NCBI GenBank assembly: GCA_036338695.1
Contig: JAYZBQ010000026.1
Coordinates: forward strand, 1 to 64,000
DNA from: Myxococcota bacterium
Lineage (GTDB): Bacteria; Myxococcota; UBA4151
Direction: 5' to 3'
Length of the DNA: 64,000 bases
Shown: piece after piece, positions 18,433 to 27,761 of the stretch
Numbering within the stretch: position 1 is the stretch's first letter
Layout: each line of letters opens with the position of its first letter
Program-made: the position numbers and the translations under genes
Notes under the pieces: generated by a model
Told to the model about the DNA's origin: nothing
Databases searched by the model: none
The model's input: only the letters and a program-made list of their open reading frames with translations

Positions 18433-19919
18433 GATCCGTTTTCTCCAAGCGATCCGGCGGCTGCGCGCAGCAACCGGATGCGTTGACTCCAGACCTGTCG
18501 ACGAGCGCGAATCAGCGCCTGGTCGACTCGGAGTAGGGCGAGCTGAGTTTGTAACAAGACACGATATTCGGTGAGCCCTGCGCGGTAGCGATCCGTCGCC
18601 GCTTCAAGCGACGCACTGACGGCTTTTCGCTGATCCATCAGGCGCTTGAGGTAGGTGCGCTGGGCGCGCTCGCCCGAGTGGCTCGAGACCACCTCATCAA
18701 AGGCGGTCAGGACCGCTTTACGGTAGCGTTCGAGCGCCGCTTCGCGCGCGGCGCGTGCCGCCTCGATCTGCCCCGATACAGCGCCTCCTTGGACGATCGG
18801 CTGCAACAGCTGAACCGACAGCTGCCATGCGAGATTATCAGCGGGGTCCTCCGCCACCGTGTCAAAGGCGTTGCCGAGCGATTCGGACACGGTCTCCGCG
18901 GCGACCGTGTTCCCCATCACGGTCGTCTCCGCTTTGCTGCGCCCAAGAAACAAGAAGCCGGCGGCGCCGTTAAACCGAAGGCTCGGGAGGCGGCTAGCGA
19001 GCGCTGCGGCGAGCCGATGATCCGAGGCATGAAGCTTCTCAAACGCGCTGGCGACGTCTGGGCGGCGATGCACAAAGGCGGCCGAAAGCTCACCACCCCA
19101 GACAGCCGGCAGGTTGGGCAGCGCCTCGCCTCTCGGCAGCCGCACGTCCCGGGCGGTGCCCCCAGTCAGGTAGGCGAGCCGGCGCCCGGCTGCAGCGATC
19201 TGCTCGTTGAGCAGCGGGCGCTGCGCGACCGTCGTTGCGAGGAGCTCATCTTGTTGCCGCAGCTCCAAGACGTTCGATAGACCCGCTTGATAACGCTCGA
19301 CGACAAAGGCGCGCTGTCGCCTCAGCAGAGCCTCATTCTTCGCCAAGAGCGCGAGCTGTTCACGCCCTTCGAGCACGGTCAAAACCATCTCGAGGACCTG
19401 CCCGGTGCTCATGAGCCGCATCGCCTGAAGATCGAGCGCCGCAGCTCGTGCGTCACGCTGCGCCGCCCCAGCGCCTGCGCGCACCCTCCCGAACAGGTCT
19501 GCCTCATACGCGAGGTTGAGCTGTGTCTGGATCGTCGCTTGGACTTCCGTGTCTGGATCTTGATCGACCCCCGCAACGGGCAGCACGAACGGTGTGTAGG
19601 GCTGCCCTGCATAAGAGGTGGCAAAACTCAGCGAGGGGAACCGGGCAGCGCCCGAGACCTTCGCCATCGCCTCAGCCTGTCGAAGAACTGCCTCAAAGGC
19701 GCGCAGGTCCGGGCTGTTGGTCAGCGTATCAGCCACCATCTGCTCAAGCGCCTCATCCGGCAGCACCGCCCACCACGTGGCGCCGCCGAGCTCCTTATCG
19801 ATCACCTGCGGAACCGGTAGATCAGGCGCCGCGGCCTGGCGCACTGTCAGCGGGTGCAAGGCGCACCCGGCGGTCCATGCCGTCCATGCCAACACAGCCA
19901 GCGCTCGCTTTGTGTTCAT
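18429..19919 (-). CDS. Outer-membrane efflux lipoprotein (TolC/NodT/OprM family)
   Basis: MNTKRALAVLAWTAWTAGC lipobox, WW...D motif, NSPDL, YEADLFGR, RRPDV, two OEP repeats, ERYQAGL and DRYRAGL. Confidence 0.9.
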   Translation of the reverse strand: MNTKRALAVLAWTAWTAGCALHPLTVRQAAAPDLPVPQVIDKELGGATWWAVLPDEALEQMVADTLTNSPDLRAFEAVLRQAEAMAKVSGAARFPSLSFATSYAGQPYTPFVLPVAGVDQDPDTEVQATIQTQLNLAYEADLFGRVRAGAGAAQRDARAAALDLQAMRLMSTGQVLEMVLTVLEGREQLALLAKNEALLRRQRAFVVERYQAGLSNVLELRQQDELLATTVAQRPLLNEQIAAAGRRLAYLTGGTARDVRLPRGEALPNLPAVWGGELSAAFVHRRPDVASAFEKLHASDHRLAAALASRLPSLRFNGAAGFLFLGRSKAETTVMGNTVAAETVSESLGNAFDTVAEDPADNLAWQLSVQLLQPIVQGGAVSGQIEAARAAREAALERYRKAVLTAFDEVVSSHSGERAQRTYLKRLMDQRKAVSASLEAATDRYRAGLTEYRVLLQTQLALLRVDQALIRARRQVWSQRIRLLRAAAGSLGENGS

Positions 19920-20043
19920 CGCCCCACCTTGTTCGCTTTCCATTTATTGAGCAGCACGCATGTCGCTGCGTGATGCGCACGGGCAGCACCGGCGGATGCA
20001 CCCCCATCAACAGCCTGATCACGACGGGGGCGTATCAACGTGC

Positions 20044-20622
20044 TCATGCGCCCCCCATCCCTTGCCATGTGGCGTCAACCAGCTTGCGCGCCTCGTCTTT
20101 ACTCATGCGCTCGCCGCGCGCCAGGCGAACCAACATGGCGCCAAAGACCATATCCATCACCAATTCAAGCGGCGTCTCTTTTGGGAGCTCGCCGCGTGCC
20201 ACCGCCCGCTCAAGCACACTGCGCACGCGCAGCCGCCGAGGGCTGACGATCCGCTTATGCATCGCCTGCGCCAACTCGGGATGCCGGGCGCGTGCCATCA
20301 TCATCGTGCCGAACATGCACCGCGTCTCATCGTTGAGCCCGAAGGACAAAATCATCTGCGCCAGCTCGTGGAGATCCCCCAGCCCGCTGCCGGTATCCGG
20401 TGCGGGTAAGCTGTAGAGGTTCTGGTCGAGGGAGCCGAGCACCAGCTCAAGCTTGTTGGGGTAACGACGGTAAATGGTCGCCTTCGACACCCCGGCCGAT
20501 TTCGCCACCTTCTCGACCGACAGCGCATCATAACCATACTGACCCATGAGCCGCAGCGTGCTGCTCAGGATCATCTCGTCCCGCTGCGTGTCGAGCGGTC
20601 GACCTCGCCGTTCTTCTGACAT
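20044..20622 (-). CDS. TetR/AcrR family transcriptional regulator
   Basis: RRGRP, GYDALSVEKVAKSAGVSKATIYRRYPNKLEL HTH; PDTGS C-terminal domain motif; directly upstream of the RND operon. Confidence 0.93.
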   Translation of the reverse strand: MSEERRGRPLDTQRDEMILSSTLRLMGQYGYDALSVEKVAKSAGVSKATIYRRYPNKLELVLGSLDQNLYSLPAPDTGSGLGDLHELAQMILSFGLNDETRCMFGTMMMARARHPELAQAMHKRIVSPRRLRVRSVLERAVARGELPKETPLELVMDMVFGAMLVRLARGERMSKDEARKLVDATWQGMGGA

Positions 20623-20661
20623 CAATTCGACCAATCCGACTGGGTGCTAGCCGAAGCCACA

Positions 20662-20695
20662 ACGAAACGCAACCGTATCGTATCGAAATAATGTA
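20662..20695 (-). promoter_or_regulatory. Probable TetR operator and -10 element
   Basis: Inverted repeat ACGAAACG-caac-CGTATCGT (7/8 match, 20662-20681) about 40 bp upstream of tetR, with minus-strand TACATT at 20690-20695, in an AT-richer gap. Confidence 0.6.
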
Positions 20696-20725
20696 GCGTT
20701 TTGTTGCAGACGAGGATCTGTCACT

Positions 20726-21970
20726 CTAGCGCTTGAACGTGACCAACTTGACCTGGGCGCAGCGCTTCAGAAAAATCGTCAGCGCCGCCGCATCGAGCGC
20801 AATGCCCTCGCTAAGGATAGCCTCCGTTGTTCGCTGGCCGTTGCATAATCGCAGCACAACCTTCTCCGCTTCGCTCAGCTCAAACCGCCGCGGCAAGCGC
20901 CCGGGGTGTGCGAGCGGCCGCACCGTGGCCAGCTTCGCCGGGAGCTCGCCCTTTGCAGAACGCTCCGAGCGATCAGCCGCTGAGGCGGCGCGCTGCCCAG
21001 GCCCTAATTCGCTCAAAACGTCTTTTGGTCGATGCGCTGGCTCGTCCGAAGAGGAAGCGTCCTCGTCGAGGTGCACCACCATCGTCGCATCCGCCGGCGA
21101 CTCTGCCAGAGTCGCTACGCTTTGCTCAGCGTCTTCTACGGCGAAGCCATCTTCTCGCCCCGGTCGGTTAACCGCTCCGAGCGAAGCAGCGGTCTCGCGG
21201 GACGGACCCAAACCGACCTCTATGATTTCGTCGGCGTCGAGGCTCACGTCGTCGAGGTGCACCATCATGGTGCGCTCCGGTGACTCCTCCGTCACCACCT
21301 CGAGCTCCCCATCTCGGGAGCTGTCCAAACGAATCGATGGCTCCAGCTCGATGCTCTCGGCGGCGTGATCCTCTACGGGGCGCTCGTTGGCTTGTGGAGA
21401 GACCGCATCGATCAACCCTACCGCCGAGACCGACAAGGTCGCGCTGTGGTGCTCATCAGCGCCCACCGAGGCAACCTGTACGGTCTGATCGTCGGTACGC
21501 TCAGTCGCCCCAAAATCAAGGTCGCCCAGGTCGAGGACGAGCTCGTCCTCTTCTTCAAACGATGGCAAGCTCAACTCCATCGCAGACTCTTGAAGCGGTT
21601 CCAAAGGCGGCGACAACGACTCGGTCTTCGGCGTTGAAGCGCTGACCTCACCGGGGCGCTCCGCAGGCGCCTTCGCCTCCGCTTGCTCGGTGCGCTCGCT
21701 GGGCTGTTGGGGAGCGATCTCTGGTTGCACAGGTGCGTCCGTCACCGGCTCGATCCAGCCGACGAACTGACGCCAGTTAGGCATCGCCTCGACACCCGGC
21801 ATAACCGATAAAGGACGCTCTTGCGCTGCGGGCTTCGCCGCCTCACGCGCCTTCCACGCCGCCATCGGGTCATAGTTCGGATCGACCCACCCGCAGCCAG
21901 CGACAGGCGGAAGCTCTTCGCGCTCTGCCTTCACCTCGCGCTCGTAGGGCTCGCCGATTTCAACGGCCAT
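20726..21970 (-). CDS. Acidic, largely disordered hypothetical protein with small C-terminal winged-helix-like domain
   Basis: E/D/P/S-rich body; C-terminus LSEAEKVVLRLCNGQRTTEAIL...FLKRCAQVKLVTF. Starts immediately after the pilT stop. Confidence 0.6.
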   Translation of the reverse strand: MAVEIGEPYEREVKAEREELPPVAGCGWVDPNYDPMAAWKAREAAKPAAQERPLSVMPGVEAMPNWRQFVGWIEPVTDAPVQPEIAPQQPSERTEQAEAKAPAERPGEVSASTPKTESLSPPLEPLQESAMELSLPSFEEEDELVLDLGDLDFGATERTDDQTVQVASVGADEHHSATLSVSAVGLIDAVSPQANERPVEDHAAESIELEPSIRLDSSRDGELEVVTEESPERTMMVHLDDVSLDADEIIEVGLGPSRETAASLGAVNRPGREDGFAVEDAEQSVATLAESPADATMVVHLDEDASSSDEPAHRPKDVLSELGPGQRAASAADRSERSAKGELPAKLATVRPLAHPGRLPRRFELSEAEKVVLRLCNGQRTTEAILSEGIALDAAALTIFLKRCAQVKLVTFKR

Positions 21971-23119
21971 TTAGCTGCGCTTCCCGGCGCTCGGGCGTGG
22001 TTTCGCGCCTGGCTGCTGCGCAAGCCGGGCGTCGTCAGGGCCCTTGACCGTCGCCATGCGCTTGCGGAAATCCATCTTGTCGAGCGCCTTCTCGATGGCA
22101 GCCTCCACCGTGATCCGACCCGCCTCGACGTGATCGTAGAGGGCTTGGTCCATGGAGATCATCCCAAGTCGCTTCCCGGACGAGATGTAGCTACCGAGCT
22201 GGTGCGACTTCCCCTCGCGGATCAAATTAGGCAGCGCCGGCCCGGTAAACATGACCTCAACCGCGGCGCAGCGCCCCCCGCCCACTCGCTTGAGCAGCTG
22301 CTGCGCCACGACGCACTGCAGGCATTCAGCGAGCACCGAGCGGACCGCCTCTTGTTCATCGGTTGGGAACACGTTGATGATTCGGTCGACGGTCTTGGCG
22401 GCTGAGTTGGTGTGCAAGGTCCCAAACACCAACAAGCCGGAAGACGCTGCGTTGAGCGCCAGGCTGATCGTCTCGAGGTCACGCATCTCACCCACGAGCA
22501 CGAGGTCGGGGTCCTCTCGCACGGCGGCACGCAGCGCGTCGGCGAAGTTGTGTGCGTGCTGACCAATCTCACGCTGTGAGATGACCGACTTCTTATGCTG
22601 ATGGACGAACTCGACCGGGTCCTCGATGGTGACGATGTGCATCGCCTTGGTTGAGTTCATCCGGTCGATGATCGCCGCCAGACTGGTTGACTTGCCAGAA
22701 CCCGTCGGTCCCGTCACCAGGACCAGACCGGATCGCATCTCAACGATACGGTTAAGGACGGACGGAAGCGCGAGCTGCTCCATCGTGAGGATGGTCGTGG
22801 GGATGGTACGAAACACGGCGCCAAAGCCGTGCTCTTGCATGAACAGGTTGACGCGAAAGCGCGCCAAGCCGGGCACCTCGTAAGCGAAATCGAGATCCCC
22901 TGAGGCGAGGAAGCGCTGCCAATAGCGCTCGTGCGGCACAATGGGCTGCATCATCGCGACGTAGTCTTCGTTGCTGATCACTCGATAGCGCAGCGGGTCG
23001 ATCTCGCCGTTGAGACGGAACATCGGCGGTCGGCTCACGCTGAAGTGCAAATCGGAGGCTCCGCGCTCGACCATCAGCTGCAAGAAGCGGTCGATTCGGT
23101 TTCGGCGGACGATGGTCAT
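21971..23119 (-). CDS. pilT: PilT/PilU-family retraction ATPase (intact motifs)
   Basis: ASDLHF, RFRVNLF, Walker A GPTGSGKST, TIEDPVE, REDPDLVLVGEMRD, GTLHTNSA, PNLIREGK. Confidence 0.92.
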   Translation of the reverse strand: MTIVRRNRIDRFLQLMVERGASDLHFSVSRPPMFRLNGEIDPLRYRVISNEDYVAMMQPIVPHERYWQRFLASGDLDFAYEVPGLARFRVNLFMQEHGFGAVFRTIPTTILTMEQLALPSVLNRIVEMRSGLVLVTGPTGSGKSTSLAAIIDRMNSTKAMHIVTIEDPVEFVHQHKKSVISQREIGQHAHNFADALRAAVREDPDLVLVGEMRDLETISLALNAASSGLLVFGTLHTNSAAKTVDRIINVFPTDEQEAVRSVLAECLQCVVAQQLLKRVGGGRCAAVEVMFTGPALPNLIREGKSHQLGSYISSGKRLGMISMDQALYDHVEAGRITVEAAIEKALDKMDFRKRMATVKGPDDARLAQQPGAKPRPSAGKRS

Positions 23120-25656
23120 CAGGAACCTCCCTCTTTGGCGTCGCTCTGCCCAGCGCCGGCGCGCTGAATCTCAGCGAGGAAATCGGCGCCCACCATGTTC
23201 TCAAACAACGACTTCTCCTTGGCGCGAATGTAGGCGTCTTCCGGGCTCAACAGGCGCTTTTGCACCAGCTCTTGCATCGCCATATCGGCGGTGCGGTTGC
23301 CTTGCGTCTTGCCCATCTGCATGGCGGCGCCGAGCTGAAACGTTTTGTCGTCACGGATCATGTTTCGCACCGATGAGGTCGCCAGCAGGATCTCAAAGCA
23401 CGCCACCTGACCTTGACCGTCCATACGGGGCAAGAGGCGCTGTGAGACCACGATCTGTAAGCTCTCACTCAACGCCAAGCGCACCTGCTGCTGCTCGTTA
23501 GGCGGGAAGGAATCGATGATCCGGTCCACCGTCTGCGGCGCCGAGGTCGTGTTGAGCGTTCCGATCACCAAGTGACCCGTCTCGGAGGCTTCGAGCGCCA
23601 TCCGGATGACCTCAGGGTCTCGCATATCGCCGACGACGATCACGTCCGGGTCTTCACGCAAGGCGCCGCGCAACGCGTTGGCGAAGCTCTGGGTGTGCTT
23701 CCCCACCTCGCGCTGGTTCACCAAGGACTGTTTGTTCATATGCACAAACTCGACGGGCTCTTCGAGGCTCAGGATGTGCGCACGCTTTTCTTCGTTGAGC
23801 AGGTTGACCAGCGCCGCCAGCGTCGTCGACTTGCCCGAGCTCGCCGGGCCGGCGACGATGATCATCCCTTGGTGAAAGTCTTTCATCTGCGCCACGTGGT
23901 CGGGCAAGCCGATATCCGAGAAGGTCGGCACCACGCCCGGGATGACACGGAAAATACCGCCGTAACCCCGACGCTGTAAGAAGATATTGGCGCGGTAACG
24001 ACCGACCTCTGGGACGGCGTAGCAGAAGTCGAGCTGCAGGTCCTTCTCGAGGGTCTCTTGCTGACGCGGCGTGAGGATCGAGTAGAGCAAGTCTTTGACC
24101 TCTTCCTCCTCCATGCCCCCACCCGGCGCCCGCTCGAGGGCTCCGCCCACACGCATCAGCGCCGGTAAGCCCACCGCAATATGGAGATCGGACCCCCCGC
24201 GGCGCCTCACCTCGATCAAGAGCCGGTCCAATCGGTTGGTGGTCTGTTCGCCGCCCTTCTGGCGTGCGAGCGTCTCGAGCTCGCTGCGGTCGGTGGCTCG
24301 ACCCTGCCGCGCCGCGATGGAACGTACCACCTCGACGCATCGATCACGCACGATCTGAGCGTCGTCATGCTTGAGTCGATCGGTCAGCGCCTTGAGCACG
24401 CGCGGGTCCTCAAACCCGGACAGCGCATCGATCGCGGCGAGTCGCACCGGGACCGCCTCGTGCTTGAGAAAGCGCGCCAAGGGGCGGATCGCCTGGTCGT
24501 CTCCGAGCGCGCCGAGCGCCTCGATCACCGCCCACTGACAGTCCTGATCATCGAGCATCTCGATCAGGCGCGTCACGCACTGTTTGTCGCCGCTTCGTCC
24601 GAGCGTCTCGACGGCGGTCAGCCGGGTCCACCAGTCCTCGTCATCGAGCAGCGACATAATGGGCTGGACGCAGCGTGGGTCCTCAAAACTGGCACCGACC
24701 AAGAGCGCCATGAGGCGGACCTCTCGGTCGCTGTCCATCATCAGGTTGATGATCGGGTCCACCAACGCATCGCCAAAGACCTTGAGGCTGTCGAGGGCGC
24801 GGTCGCGCATCCAGCCGACGGCGCCCTTCGTAGCCACCAAGTAGGAGCGCACGACCTCTTGCGTGTCCGGGACCTTCGTGAGCAGGTCGACAGCGGTCGA
24901 GCGCACAGCGTGCCGGCCGTCGCCTAAGAGCTCCATCAGCGCCCGCGTCATCGCCGCGTCGCCTTCCTTGACGCGCTTCTCAATATGCGCTGCGACCTGT
25001 TTTCGGATCGTCGGGACGTTATCTCCGAGCCCCTGCACGAGGATCCCGTCAAAGACCTCGCCGTCCAGACTCGCCGCCAGCTCGTAGCCGGCTTTTCGCA
25101 GGTCATCGGCGTGATGATCCACCATCGCCCGGATCGCCTCGGCGCCCAAGCCAATCGAGCGCAGCATCGACGGGTCCTCGCGCAGCCGCGCGATCGCAGC
25201 GACACGCACCTCGCCTGTCGCATCGGCGGCTAATCGGCTCAGCGCCCCTTTCACCTTATCAAAAGGCGCATGGCGGATGAGGTAACCCAGCAAGCTGCGC
25301 GCCCGGCGATTGTCGTCCGAACGCAACCACTCGAGCACCGCCGTCACCACCTCCTGGTCGAGCTCACAGACCGACTGGATCAGGTTCTTCTGCTCACCCT
25401 CGGACTTATCGCGAAACTCGGCGATCAAAGTTTTGCTGAGATCACCGCCGCTGCGCTTGAGCACCTGAAGTCCCATGCGCCGCAGCTCGGGGCGCTTCGA
25501 GGCGAGCGCCCACGCCACGTCCTTGGCGCGCACCGACTCATCGCTCAGCACCTCTCGCACCAGGCGCTGCTGGTCCGCCGGGCTTAGCTTTGGGTCCGTT
25601 TTGAGCTGAGCCAGCGGCGAAGCAGGCGCCGATTTTTTGCTACTGAAGATCGCCAT
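23119..25656 (-). CDS. HEAT-repeat protein fused to a degenerate PilT-family ATPase
   Basis: GAGGAGG RBS, MAIFSSKK start. About 470 aa of HEAT/PBS-lyase-like repeats (DEDWWTRLTAVETLG, VRLAAIDALS), then GSDLHI, GPASSGKST, REDPDVIVVGDMRD, GTLNTTSA. Confidence 0.88.
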   Translation of the reverse strand: MAIFSSKKSAPASPLAQLKTDPKLSPADQQRLVREVLSDESVRAKDVAWALASKRPELRRMGLQVLKRSGGDLSKTLIAEFRDKSEGEQKNLIQSVCELDQEVVTAVLEWLRSDDNRRARSLLGYLIRHAPFDKVKGALSRLAADATGEVRVAAIARLREDPSMLRSIGLGAEAIRAMVDHHADDLRKAGYELAASLDGEVFDGILVQGLGDNVPTIRKQVAAHIEKRVKEGDAAMTRALMELLGDGRHAVRSTAVDLLTKVPDTQEVVRSYLVATKGAVGWMRDRALDSLKVFGDALVDPIINLMMDSDREVRLMALLVGASFEDPRCVQPIMSLLDDEDWWTRLTAVETLGRSGDKQCVTRLIEMLDDQDCQWAVIEALGALGDDQAIRPLARFLKHEAVPVRLAAIDALSGFEDPRVLKALTDRLKHDDAQIVRDRCVEVVRSIAARQGRATDRSELETLARQKGGEQTTNRLDRLLIEVRRRGGSDLHIAVGLPALMRVGGALERAPGGGMEEEEVKDLLYSILTPRQQETLEKDLQLDFCYAVPEVGRYRANIFLQRRGYGGIFRVIPGVVPTFSDIGLPDHVAQMKDFHQGMIIVAGPASSGKSTTLAALVNLLNEEKRAHILSLEEPVEFVHMNKQSLVNQREVGKHTQSFANALRGALREDPDVIVVGDMRDPEVIRMALEASETGHLVIGTLNTTSAPQTVDRIIDSFPPNEQQQVRLALSESLQIVVSQRLLPRMDGQGQVACFEILLATSSVRNMIRDDKTFQLGAAMQMGKTQGNRTADMAMQELVQKRLLSPEDAYIRAKEKSLFENMVGADFLAEIQRAGAGQSDAKEGGS

Positions 25657-25866
25657 GCTGTGGCCTCCTCGCCCGGTACCATATGCGGCCGAAGGCCATT
25701 TGGCGAGACGGGGCAGGCTCAACCGGCGTTCGGTGACGACTGCGGTTGGCGCCGGCGGTCGGCTCGCCTGCTGCTGCCTTGGGCTTGGTCGAATTCCAGA
25801 CAAAGCGACTGGACTTCATGACGCCCGCAGGCTTGAGTGCCGACGTTAGCGCACCCAGGAGAGATC

Positions 25867-27180
25867 ATGGAGACGCAGCGCATCATCGACGACAGCAGAG
25901 CCTTCTCTATTTTCACCTGGAGCGCAGGTCGGGACGTGCACCCGCTCGCGCTCGAGTCAGCGAGCGGGTCGTGGCTCCACCTCAGCGACGGTCGCAGGCT
26001 GCTGGACTTTAATAGCCAGTCGATGAACGCCAACCTCGGCCACAGCCATCCGCATCTCGTGGCGAAACTTCAAGCACAGCTCGGGAGCCTGCCGCACGCA
26101 GCGCCCGCCTTCGCGACCGAGCTGCGCGCCAAGGTCTCCAAAGCGTTGAGCGCAACCTTCCCGGAAGCCATCGACAAGATATTGTACTGCCTTGGCGGGG
26201 CTGAGGCGAATGAGAACGCCTTTCGCGCGGCGCGCTTGTTCACCGGAAAACAAAAGATCCTGAGCACCTATCGGAGCTATCACGGGGGCACGGCGGGGGC
26301 GATCGCCGCCACCGGCGACCCTCGGCGCTGGCCGAACGAACCCGGACCACCGGGCTTTGTGCACGTCCTCGGTCTCGAGCCGTACCGCTACAGTTTTGGC
26401 GACGAGACGGCGCGCACGGCTGCGCATCTGCGTTACCTCGAAGAGGTCATCCGCGGTGAGGGGGCGCAGACCATCGCGGCGATGATTATCGAGCCAGTGG
26501 TCGGCACCAACGGGGTCTTGGCGCCACCCAAAGGGTACCTCGCGGAGCTCAAGGCGCTGCTCGATCGCTATGAAATTCTGCTGATCTGCGATGAGGTGAT
26601 GAGCGGGTTTGGCCGCTGTGGCACGTTCTGGGGCTTTGAACGCCACGGCGTCACCCCAGATCTCGTGACCATGGCGAAGGGCATGACCTGCGGCTACGTA
26701 CCCGGGGGCGCGGTCGCCTTCCACCAACGCCTGAGCGCCTTCTTTGAGGAGCACCCCTTCGTCGGCGGGCTGACCTGCAACAGCCACCCGATGATCCTCG
26801 CGGCGGTTGAGGGGGTCCTCGAGGTCTTCGAGCGTGAGCAGGTGATGGACCAGGTTGCGGCGCGCAGTCTCGAGCTGGCGCAAGGGTTCGAGCAGCTCAA
26901 GCTAAACCATCCGAGCGTACAAGCTGCGCGCACCATCGGGTTGATGGGTATGCTCGACCTACAGGACGCGGACGGCCAGCTGCTCGCCAACCTCGGCGGC
27001 AACCCGGCGCCGCTCAAGTACCTCAAGGCCGACCTGATCGACGAGGGGGTCTACGCGTTCATGCGCTGGTCGCATCTGTGCGCCTTTCCGCCCCTGAACA
27101 TCAGCCGCGATGACCTCGCTTTTGCGCTGAGCGCGCTGGACTCAGCGCTCTCCAAGCTCGACCGACGGCTCGGATTTTAG
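25867..27180 (+). CDS. Class III PLP-dependent aminotransferase (omega-amino acid type)
   Basis: AGGAG RBS; GGAEANENA, SYHGGT, IEPVVG, LICDEVMSGFGRCG, PDLVTMAKG. Confidence 0.9.
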   Translation: METQRIIDDSRAFSIFTWSAGRDVHPLALESASGSWLHLSDGRRLLDFNSQSMNANLGHSHPHLVAKLQAQLGSLPHAAPAFATELRAKVSKALSATFPEAIDKILYCLGGAEANENAFRAARLFTGKQKILSTYRSYHGGTAGAIAATGDPRRWPNEPGPPGFVHVLGLEPYRYSFGDETARTAAHLRYLEEVIRGEGAQTIAAMIIEPVVGTNGVLAPPKGYLAELKALLDRYEILLICDEVMSGFGRCGTFWGFERHGVTPDLVTMAKGMTCGYVPGGAVAFHQRLSAFFEEHPFVGGLTCNSHPMILAAVEGVLEVFEREQVMDQVAARSLELAQGFEQLKLNHPSVQAARTIGLMGMLDLQDADGQLLANLGGNPAPLKYLKADLIDEGVYAFMRWSHLCAFPPLNISRDDLAFALSALDSALSKLDRRLGF

Positions 27181-27761
27181 TCTGCGCGCACGAGCATAAA
27201 CGACGCGCCCAGGTCTTTCCCCCGAACGAACGCTCGGCCCACCGAGACCCGGGACGAGACCCGGCGCATGAAGTCTTGCATGCCGCCATAGACCAGCCGA
27301 GCGATGCCACGCTCGTTGCTCTTAGGGCTCGGCCAACCCTCGATCTCGCCGCTCGGAACCGTCCGGTAGTCGATGAACAAGGCATCGTGCCCCTCGGTAC
27401 CGCGCTCATGAACGACAAAAGAGCCAGGTCCGGTAAGCCAAGCAAGCGCTTGATGGTTGTAGCCCCAGAGCTGCTCTGGGTTCTCGGGTGAGCGCACGAA
27501 GCGCTTCTCGAAGTGGCGGCTCACCGGCAACGTGTTGATGCCGAGGTGATGGACCGGCTGACCGGCTCCTCGCGCCGCCGGTACGAGGTACTCGAGGTCG
27601 ATCGTCGCGTGCGGCTCAAAAATCGCCCAACAGCGGTGTACCTGCTTGATCGATAGCGAGCGTACGGCGCCCACCTGCTCCTTGAGCGAGCGCGTATCCA
27701 AGTATTCGCCGATCGCCTCAACACTTGGGCTATCGGCGGCTAAAAGTTCAGACAGACTCAT
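27177..27761 (-). CDS. Conserved hypothetical protein downstream of GMC oxidoreductase
   Basis: Coherent ORF (GINTLP, FEKRF, LWGYNHQ, TGPG, DFMRRVS) overlapping the GMC stop by 4 nt. Confidence 0.65.
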   Translation of the reverse strand: MSLSELLAADSPSVEAIGEYLDTRSLKEQVGAVRSLSIKQVHRCWAIFEPHATIDLEYLVPAARGAGQPVHHLGINTLPVSRHFEKRFVRSPENPEQLWGYNHQALAWLTGPGSFVVHERGTEGHDALFIDYRTVPSGEIEGWPSPKSNERGIARLVYGGMQDFMRRVSSRVSVGRAFVRGKDLGASFMLVRAD

